Shown piece by piece: positions 38,212 to 50,036 of a DNA stretch of 64,000 nt. This DNA comes from Polymyxa betae A26-41 (Eukaryota; Protista; Endomyxa: Phytomyxea). The DNA lies in contig RBZT01000657.1 in assembly GCA_003693705.1 (NCBI GenBank), positions 95,252 to 159,251 on the forward strand, written 5' to 3'. Both the position numbers and the translations under genes were made by a program. Position 1 is the stretch's first letter. Each line of letters begins with the position of its first letter. A model generated the notes under the pieces. The model did no database searches and had not been told where the DNA came from. It was given only the letters and a program-made list of their open reading frames with translations.

Positions 38212-40275
38212 TCAACAACAATAACTGCATGAACAATGACAATCGAGCTTGAGTAGACGTATATTGTCGTGATGTGTATCGTCCGCAAACGCTACTCGTA
38301 CCAGAAGGCGCCTATTACATAGGAAGTGCAGCTCTTTCGGTGTCTCATCTTCATTCAAAACGAAGGTTCGTTGACATAGCCCATTCATCATTTCGTAGAT
38401 TTTAACCACATATTGGTTTGGTGACAGATCGTGAGATGAGATTTCTTCGTCAACTGTCTGGTCGGTCTGCTCGCGAAATCTGGCCCCATATCTTAGCATT
38501 TCATCAATATCCACGAAATGATCATCATGCAGACGACCGGATGTTCTAGGCAGAAGCGCTATTCGGATACCATCCCTGCTTGAAGACATTAGATAATCAC
38601 TCGCTGCTGGATGATGGGTAATCTCTAGTGTCTTACATCCTTCACCATCAAGCCGAGCACTAGTTAAGTCCCAAATCTCGGGCTCGTGCTCCCGACATCG
38701 AAGCCTCAATATCGATTCTCCAGAGAATCCAACTTCGAATGCATCATCAGCGTAGAGCTCACTTGACTCGGCAAAGAATTTGAAACAGCCATGCGAACTC
38801 ATTAGTCGGGGTTCGACCTGACAGATTTCGTTTTTACGTCTTCTTGTAATGACGAATCGAGAAGAACCGTCAAGGTCCATAGTAAGGTCTTTTGTAATAC
38901 GAATCATACGGTCCTTAATTGAACTAAAGCGGTATGTCCCATTCATGGGTTCTGCATCTTGAAGTGACAACACTGTACGAGATTGCCGAAACCCAGACTG
39001 CCGTTCTGCAATGTGCAAAGAATAATCGCAGAACATAAGCAGGTCATCTCCATCAAAACAAACGGCTCTATATTGCCCTTCATGAACATGAAAAGGCGGC
39101 GAGCCTCGTTGTTTAATGTCGAAACACGATACGCCAAAAGTCTCCGGTATAATCGGATTGCCATCGTTATCAAATGCATCCGGTAAACCATCATCATTTT
39201 GATCTCCAGGACATATTTCCATGACAGCAGCGATATAGGTCATGCATCGAGATAAGGCCACGCCTTGATCTAATATTTCTAACCTGACATTGGGCCTGTT
39301 CACAACAGGGAGGCTCCAGCTAGCAATTTCTCTTCCTGTTTCCGACTCAAAACACGAAATTGAATAGCCAACTCTTGAGAGATAAACTCGGGCACAAGAA
39401 GAGAATACAGCAGTGCTACTCATTTCGTGTGAGTTTGCTTGGTAGACACTGTCTCTCCCTAAAGCAATCCTCGCATGCACGAGATCTCTGAACCTGGCAA
39501 CACGATAAAGCGACATCAGATCATTGATGTCCAGGAATGTTAGAATAAGAGCCCATGCATCATCAGGGATCACGTTTGCGCTTAACGTAGAATTAAAATG
39601 AGTTGATGGCTGACGACGTTCTTTCAGGCGCTTCCAATCGCTAAGAGAATAATCACTAAATTTTTTCGATCCCGGACCCCAAACACGAATGAAGTTGTCG
39701 TAGAACTGTGAGCGAACAGCATCATGACCAAACCAGATATATTTCGGATACTTTCGCGAATCAAATTTGAAAACGGCGACCCCGCTTTCAGATCTTGTCG
39801 CTCCTGAAAGATCATTTTTGGGAAACGAAACTATTCATTTCGGAAAAGATAACCAACCAGCTAATGCCACAGCAAACATGGCATGAGAATTGGATATGGA
39901 TACGCCTCCCTTACGAACATGTAGGCACTTAATACGAGTGCTACTAATTGATAGGGATGCAGGCAGGCTCCATACACCAATCTTCCTCAAAACTGCACCA
40001 TTCTCGACAAGCTCGGCGGTCAGTTTGCACGTTCTTCTAGAAGCGACAAAGCCAACACGAATATTTGATTTTTGAGATGGTTGCTGAGCAGGATTGGGCA
40101 GCAGTGCCTGAGCTTGGAATCTAACAGCTTGCCTATCATGGCTTGGAAGCTCCAGACCATCATCTCCTACACAAAACGAACACCTGGAGACAGCAGGATT
40201 GCGCCTCCATTGATTATTGCTATATTGTTGACGGTTTTTAGCCTGGCCGCAAGACGAGCAGATTCGAGAACGCAT
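38212..40275 (-). CDS. Stc1-type Zn finger plus F-box plus probable beta-propeller protein
   Basis: CSSC..AK....YSNNQWRR.....RCSFC; IPDDAWALILTFLDINDLMSLYRV F-box. The two ORFs share one frame, separated by a single TGA at 39835-39837 inside a plausible GTAAGG...ATAG intron. Confidence 0.7.
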
Positions 40276-41940
40276 CTGAAACAATATGAAATGATAAGGT
40301 CAGCAGTTAGTACAGTTTATATACAGAGTAACATAGTTCATGAGCGCGACCTGCAGAATCCCTCCTACCTAATAACCAAACTTATCCGCTATCATGGCAT
40401 TATTAAATCATTAACATGAATATATGAGATGGCGGTAAGTCCCATTGTCACAAAATTGGCTTCAGTAATTAGACTAATTATCGCCCAGTTGACGTTGCTG
40501 TTATTAGACGAGCCCAAAGATGGCAAATAGCAATGTTTGAAAAACCCAGGCGTTTCATCATTGAACTACTTTTAAAGGCCACATTGGAGCAACTGGGAAA
40601 CTCGCCAATCAGATTTTCGATGTTCCAACAACAGTATTTTTGTCTACTGAGACTCCATCTAAGCCCTGAACCTTGAAGTAAGATCGAAAAATTGAACCAA
40701 GATCCTGTAAAAATATCCGTGCTCGCATTTTGTGACCAATGAAACCTCTTGAAATTTGCCCTTATTAAATACTGAAACTATTGTAGGATTGAATCTCACG
40801 AATAAATTGTGGCTCTTAATTCTGTGCATGAATAAACCCATGGTTATTATAGGGCGTATCATGAAACGTATCCAATCAATTGGCATCGTCATTAATAACC
40901 GAAACCACAGAAAACCGTTTTCCAAAATTGCGTAATACAGAACTTTGCCCCCCCCCCCCCTGTAAAAAAGCGTGAAAGACTTTATATATGGTGATGTGGC
41001 TTAATGAATAATTTCTCGGTATCCGTGAAAGTCCGCCACGGGTTTCTAGGCCGGAGCTGTGCTCCCAGGACTGAAGCCTTGATGGAAGGCCATTATGATA
41101 ATCCGTCGGCATGATTCGTAATGATTGTCTGGATTAGCCACAATGTGGGTACATTGGTGTTTCATATTGTTGAATGATGTTATTTTACCATGCACCACTC
41201 TGATAATGGATATCAATGCTTCAACTAATTTGATATCATTTGAGGATTATGGTCTCCTGATTCTTTCATCTGACAATTTTCTGCAAATTAGTCGTACAGG
41301 CTCTGAATCAATCATTTAGGTTAAGAATATGCATGACTGGTTAAAATGATGATTACAATTACCAGGTGCGAGTCACAAAGATATTTTGATTTTTGGTTTA
41401 ATATGATGACTTCTGTATATCTCGCGATGGTCTACTGAAATTCGATGTCGAAGACATAAAACATTCTGAAAGAAATTTTTTAATTATTGATCTGGCTTTT
41501 ACACAGTTCTTTCTCTAATTGTGTTGTTGTTTAGGATGTTATCACTTGATTGTCTATCTGCGAGCTTGGTCCATCTAGTGATAAACAGCTCTGCTGGACT
41601 GTTCGAAGCCTATGCAGCTTTATTCTAATAGCTGCGTTGGTCAATACATATTGTAGATGCTTGGTAGCGTTTGCATTGTCCTATAACAACGATCTCCCAG
41701 GTGGCTTCACTGCCTTCCTTATAGGTTTTGAAGCCAATCGGGATATCGACATTCCATCACATCACAAAATAAATCACCTGTTCTAAAATTTAATTTGTAT
41801 TTTCGTGTAGAATTCATAGTCGGAACTTGTTTTTATGAGTCTAGGAAATCGTAGGTTTAGATCTTGGTAATCCCGAAGTGAAACTTGCTGTCAATTGTGA
41901 GATTTCAACTTTTAGAATCAGACATTTTCCGATCAGAGTC

Positions 41941-42801
41941 ATGTCGTGGCAATGGATTCGTCAAGCGATAGACATGACGACCATCACGAAGCTCAGACCT
42001 GCCTTGCTTGCCTCGACCGTCATCCTCATGATTAGTGTCATTACCAGAAAGGTGGCCAGGCTCTGGTTCAGCGGCATGAAAAACAAGTATGAAATCCATC
42101 TGGAATGCAATTCGGGCTATCAACTGCTGATAGGGCCAAATATATTGGCGAATTTGATCGCAAAGGAAGGAGATGTTGTCATGGCAAATTGGTTCTGCCA
42201 AATGGCGATTTTTACGAAGGCGATTTCAGCAACAATCTATACAATGGAACAGGTTGTTCAATTGCAACTTTTTCGAATTCGTAAACTGAGATTATTATCA
42301 GGGATGTACGTATTCAAAGATGGAAAATCGTATTATCAAGGGCAATTCAAAGATTCAATGTACCATGGGAAAGGAGAAGAGGTATTTCGTTAACTTTTTC
42401 CCAGATTGTTCAACGAATTCATTGACTAACAGGTTTACGGGCAAAGCGGTACTCGATATTATGGGCAATTCAAAGAATCGAGACGCAATGGATATGGAAC
42501 CATGGACTACGAATCTGGTGCTTCTTATACAGGCCGATGGAAGAATGGCCTCAAACATGGTCTGGGTGCATTTCGCTATGCTAATGGTGATACATTCTCT
42601 GGAAAGTTCGTGAATGGCGTCAAATCAGGGCCCGGCGAATATACTGCCTCGACATTCAAAATCGTTGGCAATTGGGACGACAACAAGCCCTGCAGCAACG
42701 CCACCGTCTATTGCTCGGAGGGCTTCAGCGAAGACATGCTGGATGCATTTCGTGTTGAAGGTGAACACCCCCTGAAAATACAGAACGAAAACGATTTGTG
42801 A
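41941..42801 (+). CDS. MORN-repeat protein with N-terminal hydrophobic anchor
   Basis: YEGDF...YNGTG, YQGQF..SMYHGKG, YTGRWKNGLKHGLG, FSGKF.NGVKSGPG repeats. Confidence 0.88.
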
Positions 42802-42860
42802 ATATTGTATTGATAAACTGCTACCTAGGTATAGTCAACGTAGCTAGGAAAGTTGCATGG

Positions 42861-42898
42861 TAGGGTTTAGGGTTTTGGGGTTAAGCCCACGGCCCCAT
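42861..42898 (+). promoter_or_regulatory. Telo-box-like tract followed by AGCCCA (site II-like), upstream of ATG13
   Basis: TAGGGTTTAGGGTTTTGGGGTTAAGCCCACGGCCCCA, ~100 nt before ATG 42982. Confidence 0.55.
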
Positions 42899-42981
42899 TC
42901 TTCATCTCTGTGTGGAAATCCCCTTCGGCGACTTCATATGGTTATATTGTTATTGCTGAAGTAAGATCGAGGTCGACGGCC

Positions 42982-44235
42982 ATGTTCGCTGGGCCGGCGC
43001 CCACACAACGCCTCGCAATCGAACTTGTCAAAAAAGCCTTGCACAACATCATCTCGTCACGATTTCTGGCGGGCGATTGTGAGGAGCGTTCTATCTCGAA
43101 CACATTTAACCTCGAAACGATCGAGATCGAATCGGTTAGACAAGCCATCGATACCATTCTGCTCAGTTCTGATTTGGTTCGTAAATTCCTGCTTGCTGAC
43201 ATCAAATTCCAATTTTGCTATAGGCAACCCCTGTTCATGTCGATATTTGCACTTCATCGAACGAGAACCCGACTGTTGTTCTACTAGAACGATGGTCTGT
43301 CTCTGTTCAGTCGTCGTCTGTTATACGAATGAGCCCAGGAAGGAGCACTTCTAGTGATTCATTGGAAATGTTCCAGCATGCATTGGTCATGATACGTTCG
43401 CTTCATTGTTTATTGAGAGTTTTACCTGCACATAATCTATACTCTATGGGACAAGCTGCTCTTGACAGACTGGATCCGCTACCTTTTGCCATCTTTTATT
43501 TTATAACAACAGGCACGGATCCTGAACGTTCGTTTCAGGATGCAGATTGTAAGAATTTCGTATTTGCACCTGTAGATTCTGGTGAGTTTGGCTGTGTCCA
43601 TCTGTCTGTATTTTATCGAACATCATTTCGATATACGCCAGCTATATCAACACCGCGATTATCAGGCTCTAAAATCATACCGAATTATATCACGAGTCCA
43701 AGTCCTAAATCGTCTGCTGCACGAGCTCTTATAGAATCTCATAGCAGCTCTATCAGGAATTCTTTGCCATTTGCTATACTGAACTCAAATCCGAATCCGA
43801 ATTGTTCGATGAACACTCCATTACTGAAAACAGCCACTGAACTGCAAGCAACTTTTACGCCTCCATCTCATCTTCCTTGGCTGGATGACATATTTGTTGG
43901 ATCGCCTTCAGATTCAACGACCAGACTCACACTGACTAATTTCCGAACTAAGGATGACTCGCCGACATTCGGGGAAACTAATTTATCGGATATCTCGCCG
44001 GGAGGAAATGATGGTTTAGGGTTTGCTCGGCTTGAACAAGGTTGTGATCATTCTCAGGTATTCTTCACTTCAGACTCGGTGCTTTCACCCTTAACTGAAT
44101 TCGACTTAGGTTGGTGAATTACTTACTGTTATTAAGCAAGCACCAGATAGACTATACTCTTTGCCAAGCGTCTCATTGAAAACGGTCCTTGAATCTCTTG
44201 AAGAAAGTCTCTCTAAGAACCGCTCTTTTAAATGA
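42982..44235 (+). CDS. ATG13: Autophagy protein Atg13 (HORMA domain plus disordered tail)
   Basis: KKALHNIISSR, FNLET, LLERW, ALVMIRSLHCLLRVLPA..L, G.VHLSVFYR; last exon VGELLTVIKQAP resembles the plant ATG13 C-terminus. Confidence 0.82.
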
Positions 44236-44399
44236 GGCAGTCTAATGCAAATTATTGGTTTCACTTTATATTGTGAAGGGTAATGACTGGATTTTTGTCA
44301 GGCGGGGGTTGTATTTATTGTTTTAATGGCAGAAGCACGAAATGTGTGATGGGAAGTTTCAGGTGGTTATTGCGACACCCTCCCGATTCATATCTGCCT

Positions 44400-45132
44400 A
44401 TGCAATCTACGGTCCAGGACCATGTTCATGGGCCAACGATATCAGATCGTTCACTTCGTGGGGGACCTCATGGGGAATCATCCAAGACGTACTGGGCTCA
44501 CAGGGATGAGCAAGTCAAGAAAAAGGTTGGCCGAGTTCCTGTTTATTCCCAGACTATGGATAGGCTCTTATTCGTCAAATTAGCCTGTCCATAGTGAAGT
44601 GTATCAAGATATTCTTGGAGATAAAATTACCATTGTTAATGGTAAGCCCGACTGGCCTCAAGTATTCGAAGGTGTCGTTGCTTATTTCAATGGCCGGACG
44701 GGACGTTATTCCGCTATGCATTTGACGAATTTGGGTAAGTAAAGTGTACTTGTTTCTGGAGTTGGTTACAAATGATTATTTATAGTGAAGCTATGCGGAG
44801 GAAATAAGACCCATCAGCTTGCGAAGAAAAAAGTGACCCATGTTATATGTGAAAACCTTTGCTTCTCGAAAACGGAAAAAATCATCGGTCTTGGCCTAAA
44901 AGATCGAATTCATTATGTTCGACCAGGTGGGCTTATTACAGTTTTCCTGTGTACATTTGGAACTTAATCTTATAATGCAGAATGGATTATAGACTCGATA
45001 GCAAAGAGACGGAAACAAAGAGAACATGACTATATTGTGGTCAAGAAACAAACTGGAAGTGGTACAATCACTGATTATTTCCGATCATCAAAGCGGAATG
45101 AGAAATCGCCCAAAAAGCCCAGGCTTAAATAA
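44400..45132 (+). CDS. Small stand-alone REV1-type BRCT protein with PIP-like C-terminus
   Basis: IFEGVVAYFNG, GG...VTHVICENL, VRPEWIIDSI BRCT; stop at 45130-45132 with no polymerase domain. Confidence 0.8.
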
Positions 45133-45153
45133 ACTTGTTTAATATTTCATTGT

Positions 45154-45978
45154 TCATGATTTGGTTATCGAAGACGACCTGATAAGTGGCTTAATTCCAG
45201 CGATTTTTGTCAAAGTCTCACTGATTTGCAATCTCTGCCTCCAATATTCTGCTGAAGTACTATTGCATGGGGATTGAAACATTGGCAAGCGTAGTGCTAA
45301 GGGCGACTTCATCTCAATCGGAGACGGCATAACTTCGAAATTAGGAGATTTCAACTGAATCGGAGAATGCAATTCTGATGCATTGAACCTTTTGATTGGA
45401 GTTGGCAGTGCTGATAATCGCATCTCGGGCGAACTGCTTGCTTTCGTTGTCCTCTTGGTCATTGCGGCAGCAAAAGCAGAGACGACCATATTGGTATCCA
45501 AATTTACAGAACAGTCGAGCGAGATTTCAGTTTGTGTTGAAGAGTCACTGAGCGCAGATGCTTGTTGGAATAATTCTAAGAACCCGATCAACAAACTGGG
45601 CGTCCATCAGGTGTTCACCTACCGGACATACAAGCCTCGGGCCTTAAATTCACTAGCTCTGGGCCAAATTGATCTGTTTGAGAATTGTACAGGATAATGG
45701 GCTTCTTTTCGTTTAGACTTTCACCCGAACTCGGAATCGTTTCTTCTTTCAGCTGTCAATGGATCACAATTTAACATACAGCAAGCAGCCACTATAGTGA
45801 TTACCTCCTCTGTTGCATCAGACGAGAATATTTGGGAGGGGTCGGGAAAATTGATCTGCGACGGCAGTTCATCAAACGGTGCTAAAGGCTGTTGAAAAGA
45901 TTCGTCCATAGGATAGTCCATGAAGGACTCATCCTGCTGCAACTCGTGCGTTGGGTCTAGATCCAATGACCTCAACAT
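45154..45978 (-). CDS. Hypothetical low-complexity S/P-rich protein, multi-exon
   Basis: Same-strand ORFs 45721-46044 and 45154-45594; many SP/TP sites; no family recognised; start approximate. Confidence 0.5.
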
Positions 45979-46195
45979 CGGTGTCCGCTCTGTATAGATT
46001 AGTTCGAATTCAATTGCAGTCCCAGAAAGATCCAGATTTGTCACACAATCACCATGTTATAACCCGCTCATGCTCCACATACAGTATAATATGACGGATT
46101 TATACATTGACTATCGACTACCGGCTTCCAAACTTTAGTTTGGTTGAAAATCTGCATTTCATGACGATCTATATTTGCATTTACAAACATTAGAT

Positions 46196-47819
46196 TTATT
46201 CACTTTCTTGAGATAATGATTCACGATTATCATAGGCCTACAATGATGACTTATCAGTTTGAAACAACATCGGTATTGTATACTCACCCAGAATCCATTG
46301 GCGTCGATTAGCAGAGATACAATAGTGGCTCCAATATTAGATCGTATTAAATCATCTAACATCATTCGATCATATGTTCGTGTTCTGACCATATCGAATA
46401 TTTCGTTAATAACATCTTCAGCACGGATCGGATCCATGCCGAATTCCAACATTTTTGTTTGCACAGACTAACCGCTTTCAGATCGAATTAAAAAAATTGT
46501 CGAATAATAACCTTAAAAAACATATTAATCTCTGATCCCGAAATATAACCTCGTTTGTCAACGTCAAGAATTTTCCAGAAATATCGTAGCGCTTGCGGTG
46601 TTCCCCTGTGTTCCAGAGCTATTTCCAGATCCAGAAACGATTTGAAATCCTGTGAACCGTTACCGCGAGAAAACGAGAATCTTGACTGAATGAATACCAT
46701 TTCCCCTTGATAAGTTCTATATTCCTGAAAAACTCGATCAATGAACAGGTCTGAGAGGACGCCATTATTATAGCCAGACAGTTCCCGCTTGCTTAGCATT
46801 CCATTCTGATCCCGATCAAGTTTCAAATAGATGCCTGTTAATGATCTTCAATTAGCTGGTAATTTTGCACAGACAAGTACTAAACTGTAAACCCGCAATG
46901 CAGATTCAGCTGAAAACCAGGACTTCGACATTGTCGCTTCTGAAGCCTGCTGTCGAAGTTCACTGAATTCTTTTATAACTGGGCTTGTGACCAGGTCGGT
47001 TATTTTAATTTTTCCTGAGGCAGGTTATTATCGTTCCTTAGCGTTCTTTCCCAAATACCTCTCCGTAATGGATCCAGCATGAAAAATATATAACGACATG
47101 CAGTGAATACATAGAATGGATAAAATTGCTCTTCGAGCGATTGCAATTGAGCCATATCTGGGATTTCATCGTAGATGTAGCGTTCCAAATCTGATTCGGT
47201 TAGATAGCCAGTTCCGTCAGCGTCCAAGGACATCAGCGACAATCGAATCGAGTCGGCGCTAACTTTGCTTTCAATGTCATTAAATCCAAAAGCAGATCGC
47301 TAAGAATGCAAACCTTTACGAACAATATAATGGTATAACGCTCCACTATTGATTCGACCCAAGCTATCCCGGCGAAATAGCGAATATACTCTGGGATCAA
47401 AATAGGGCTTCACTCGATCATGGCACAAATCACATATCTGACGAAAATGCTTGTAATCAACCTGTCGAATGTAAATGAACAATTTTGTAGGAGAATTATG
47501 GCAAACCCAATCACATGGATCTGGACCTGAATATGATCGTTCTGAAAATTCCATCAGATAATTAAAGATGACGTCAAGATCATTGTCATCGGGAAGGCTG
47601 CTATCTATCGAAATTCTCAAATATAGGAACACAGCCAGGCAACTTCGGGCGACCTTTAGAATCGATAAATCTTTGCCTGCCTTCATCGATGACACTACAC
47701 AAATATGGATTCTCGCCAGGCTTGGCATTGTAAAATGTGGGAATTGGTTGGGAACTGGCTCGACTTTCTTCATACAAACGCCTGAACATGGCTAATTCAT
47801 CTGTATTGGATGGCGACAT
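46196..47819 (-). CDS. PPP2R3C: PP2A regulatory subunit B'' gamma (EF-hand)
   Basis: IPTFY, D.DGTGYL.ESDLE.YI, FYPFYVFTA.R..FF.LDP.RRG, LDRDQNGMLSK.EL, YFWKILD, DANGFWAYDNRE. Confidence 0.9.
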
Positions 47820-47865
47820 GATGACAATGAATGTGACGGGAAGTAGAGATGGGGCTGCTTCTATT

Positions 47866-49926
47866 CACAGTGATAATGACGGAGACTGGTGACGGTGGTG
47901 CCCTGTAGTAGTAGATGGGACCCCCATGACCCCATTATATCTCTTAGTGATATGTTGGGTTATATAATCGCCAACCATCTCTAATGATATATCCACACGA
48001 GTATCTTCATGTTCTACTTCCTAGATCTCTCTTTCAGCATATCATCTCGTAATATGGATATATGATCACATACCACCTGGCCAAGAGAACTTTTCCGGCC
48101 AACGATAATCTTGTATGGAAATCCGATCAGGTCGGCTTGGCGAAATTTGACACCGAGGTTGACATCGAGGCGGTCGTCCAGGACAATTTCACCTTGCAGG
48201 GATTGGAACCGTTGAAGCCCGTCATATAACGATTTGGCTATTGCTTCTGTTCCAGGCGAACCATTGGGGATAATACAAGCCCGAAATGGTGCGATCGAAA
48301 TTGGCCATCGTATTCCTTTCTGAGATGTATTCATGGTACAGGTTGACTCTATTACTGCTTGCATAATTCGAGATATACCAATACCATAACATCCCATATT
48401 AAAAGGAACTGACTCCCCATTCGCATCTGTGAATGTTGCATTCATAATCTTGGAATATTTGGTACCCAAATGAAATATATGCCCAACTTCAATGCCTTTA
48501 GCCATGCTCAAGCCTTTTGACCCACATGATTGGCACGAATCGGAAGCGATCGCCACCTATCGGTAAATCAATTCTAAATTGTATAAGATGCGAATGCACT
48601 CACTTTACAAGGATTATGATGTATCTCACATTCATGATCTAGATGAAGAGATTGTTTAACCGAATCAATATCGATATCAGAATCAACCAAGACCATATTA
48701 TATTGATATTGATCAGATTGAATTTGATGACATGGTTGATTAATATGACGTGATATTAGAAATGGATTTGGTTGTCTGTCCTTTGGAACGATAACTGTGA
48801 AAGACCGGTTCGATATTTGATCGCTGATAATATTTTCTGCAGTAGCAACCTTTAGCTATCAATTGTGTAGATCGGTGATCTATTTACCTGTAATGAAGTT
48901 ATATGAAGTGGTATGTGAATATGGGATCGGTGTTTCAGAACATCGAGATACAGCTCGCTCTGAATTTGATGCATATCCACATGATTCACAACGAATCAAT
49001 ATATCATCAGCTCCATGTTCAGATTCAATATGAAATTCATGTGAGAGACTTCCACCAATATTCCCTGTATCAGCTAATACACGATGTACCTAACCAGAGA
49101 GAGTGTCTTAATCGCTCTAAGAAATCCATCATGCAGATCTCATACATGAACACCGATCCGTTGAAAGATCCGAAAATACGCATCTGATACGAGATTATAG
49201 GTCTCGATAGCTTTATCTTCCGATTCATCAAAAGAATACATATCCTGTATACAAAATATGTCAAGATTAACATTCAATACAAGAAAGATGTTCACCTTCA
49301 TGACGAACTCTCTACATCTTAACATTCCAAATCTGGGTCGAATTTCATCACGAAATTTCAAGTTGATTTGGTACAATCGTAGGGGCAATGACCTGTAGGA
49401 TGATACTTCTGAACCTACTAAGCTTGTGATTGCCTATACATAAGCTGGTGAATATTGAGAATAGAAGAGCTGGATATGATAGACCTCTTCACATGTTGGT
49501 GCTAGACAGAAATCAGCGCCTTTTCTATCTGATACTTTGAATATCTGATCAATAGATTACAACATGATTTTCAATCATTGTGAATATCATTATACTTCTG
49601 ATCCACATTGATTCCAACGTCCTGATCTCTTCCATAGGTCAGATCCGTTTAAACACGGAAGCTGTAATCGTTGCCCGGAGATCCCATCCATTTCCGATTC
49701 CACGATTTGCTCAATCTTCTTCAATGAGCGTAGAGCTAATGGCAACAATGTATATATTCCAGATTCCATCTGAATGAATGTTGAAATGTGGTTTCGATAT
49801 TGCTATATGTTGTACCTGACGAATTAATCCAGCTCGTATGATGAGATTATGTCCAGGTAGCTGTATATCAGATGATGTATGCTTCATCATTGGTATAAAG
49901 AGACCAGACATTCTATTATACGACAT
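47866..49926 (-). CDS. PARS2: Bacterial-type (mitochondrial) prolyl-tRNA synthetase
   Basis: H.L.IRAGLIRQ, LAPTCEE, LPLRLYQI..KFRDEIRPRFG.LR.REF.MKD.YSF, GIEVGHIF.LGTKYS, MGCYGIGISR; both ends approximate. Confidence 0.92.
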
Positions 49927-50036
49927 TGGTCCTGACTGCTGATAGTTAAGAGAATCTGCAATCAATTGTAACACAAATGCAAAGAGAGTAACGCAATACT
50001 GGGAGTGTAGCGTAGAAATGTCAGTCTATGTACTGA

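Noticed and set aside
39835-39837. Selenocysteine or stop read-through at the in-frame TGA
   Set aside because: A canonical frame-preserving GT-AG intron explains it more simply; no redox motif or recognisable SECIS
40600-41120. Helitron-like fragment (FIREIQSYNS...FKVQG on the minus strand) and a C13 run at 40948-40960
   Set aside because: Similarity is short, interrupted by several stops, and not distinguishable from chance without a search
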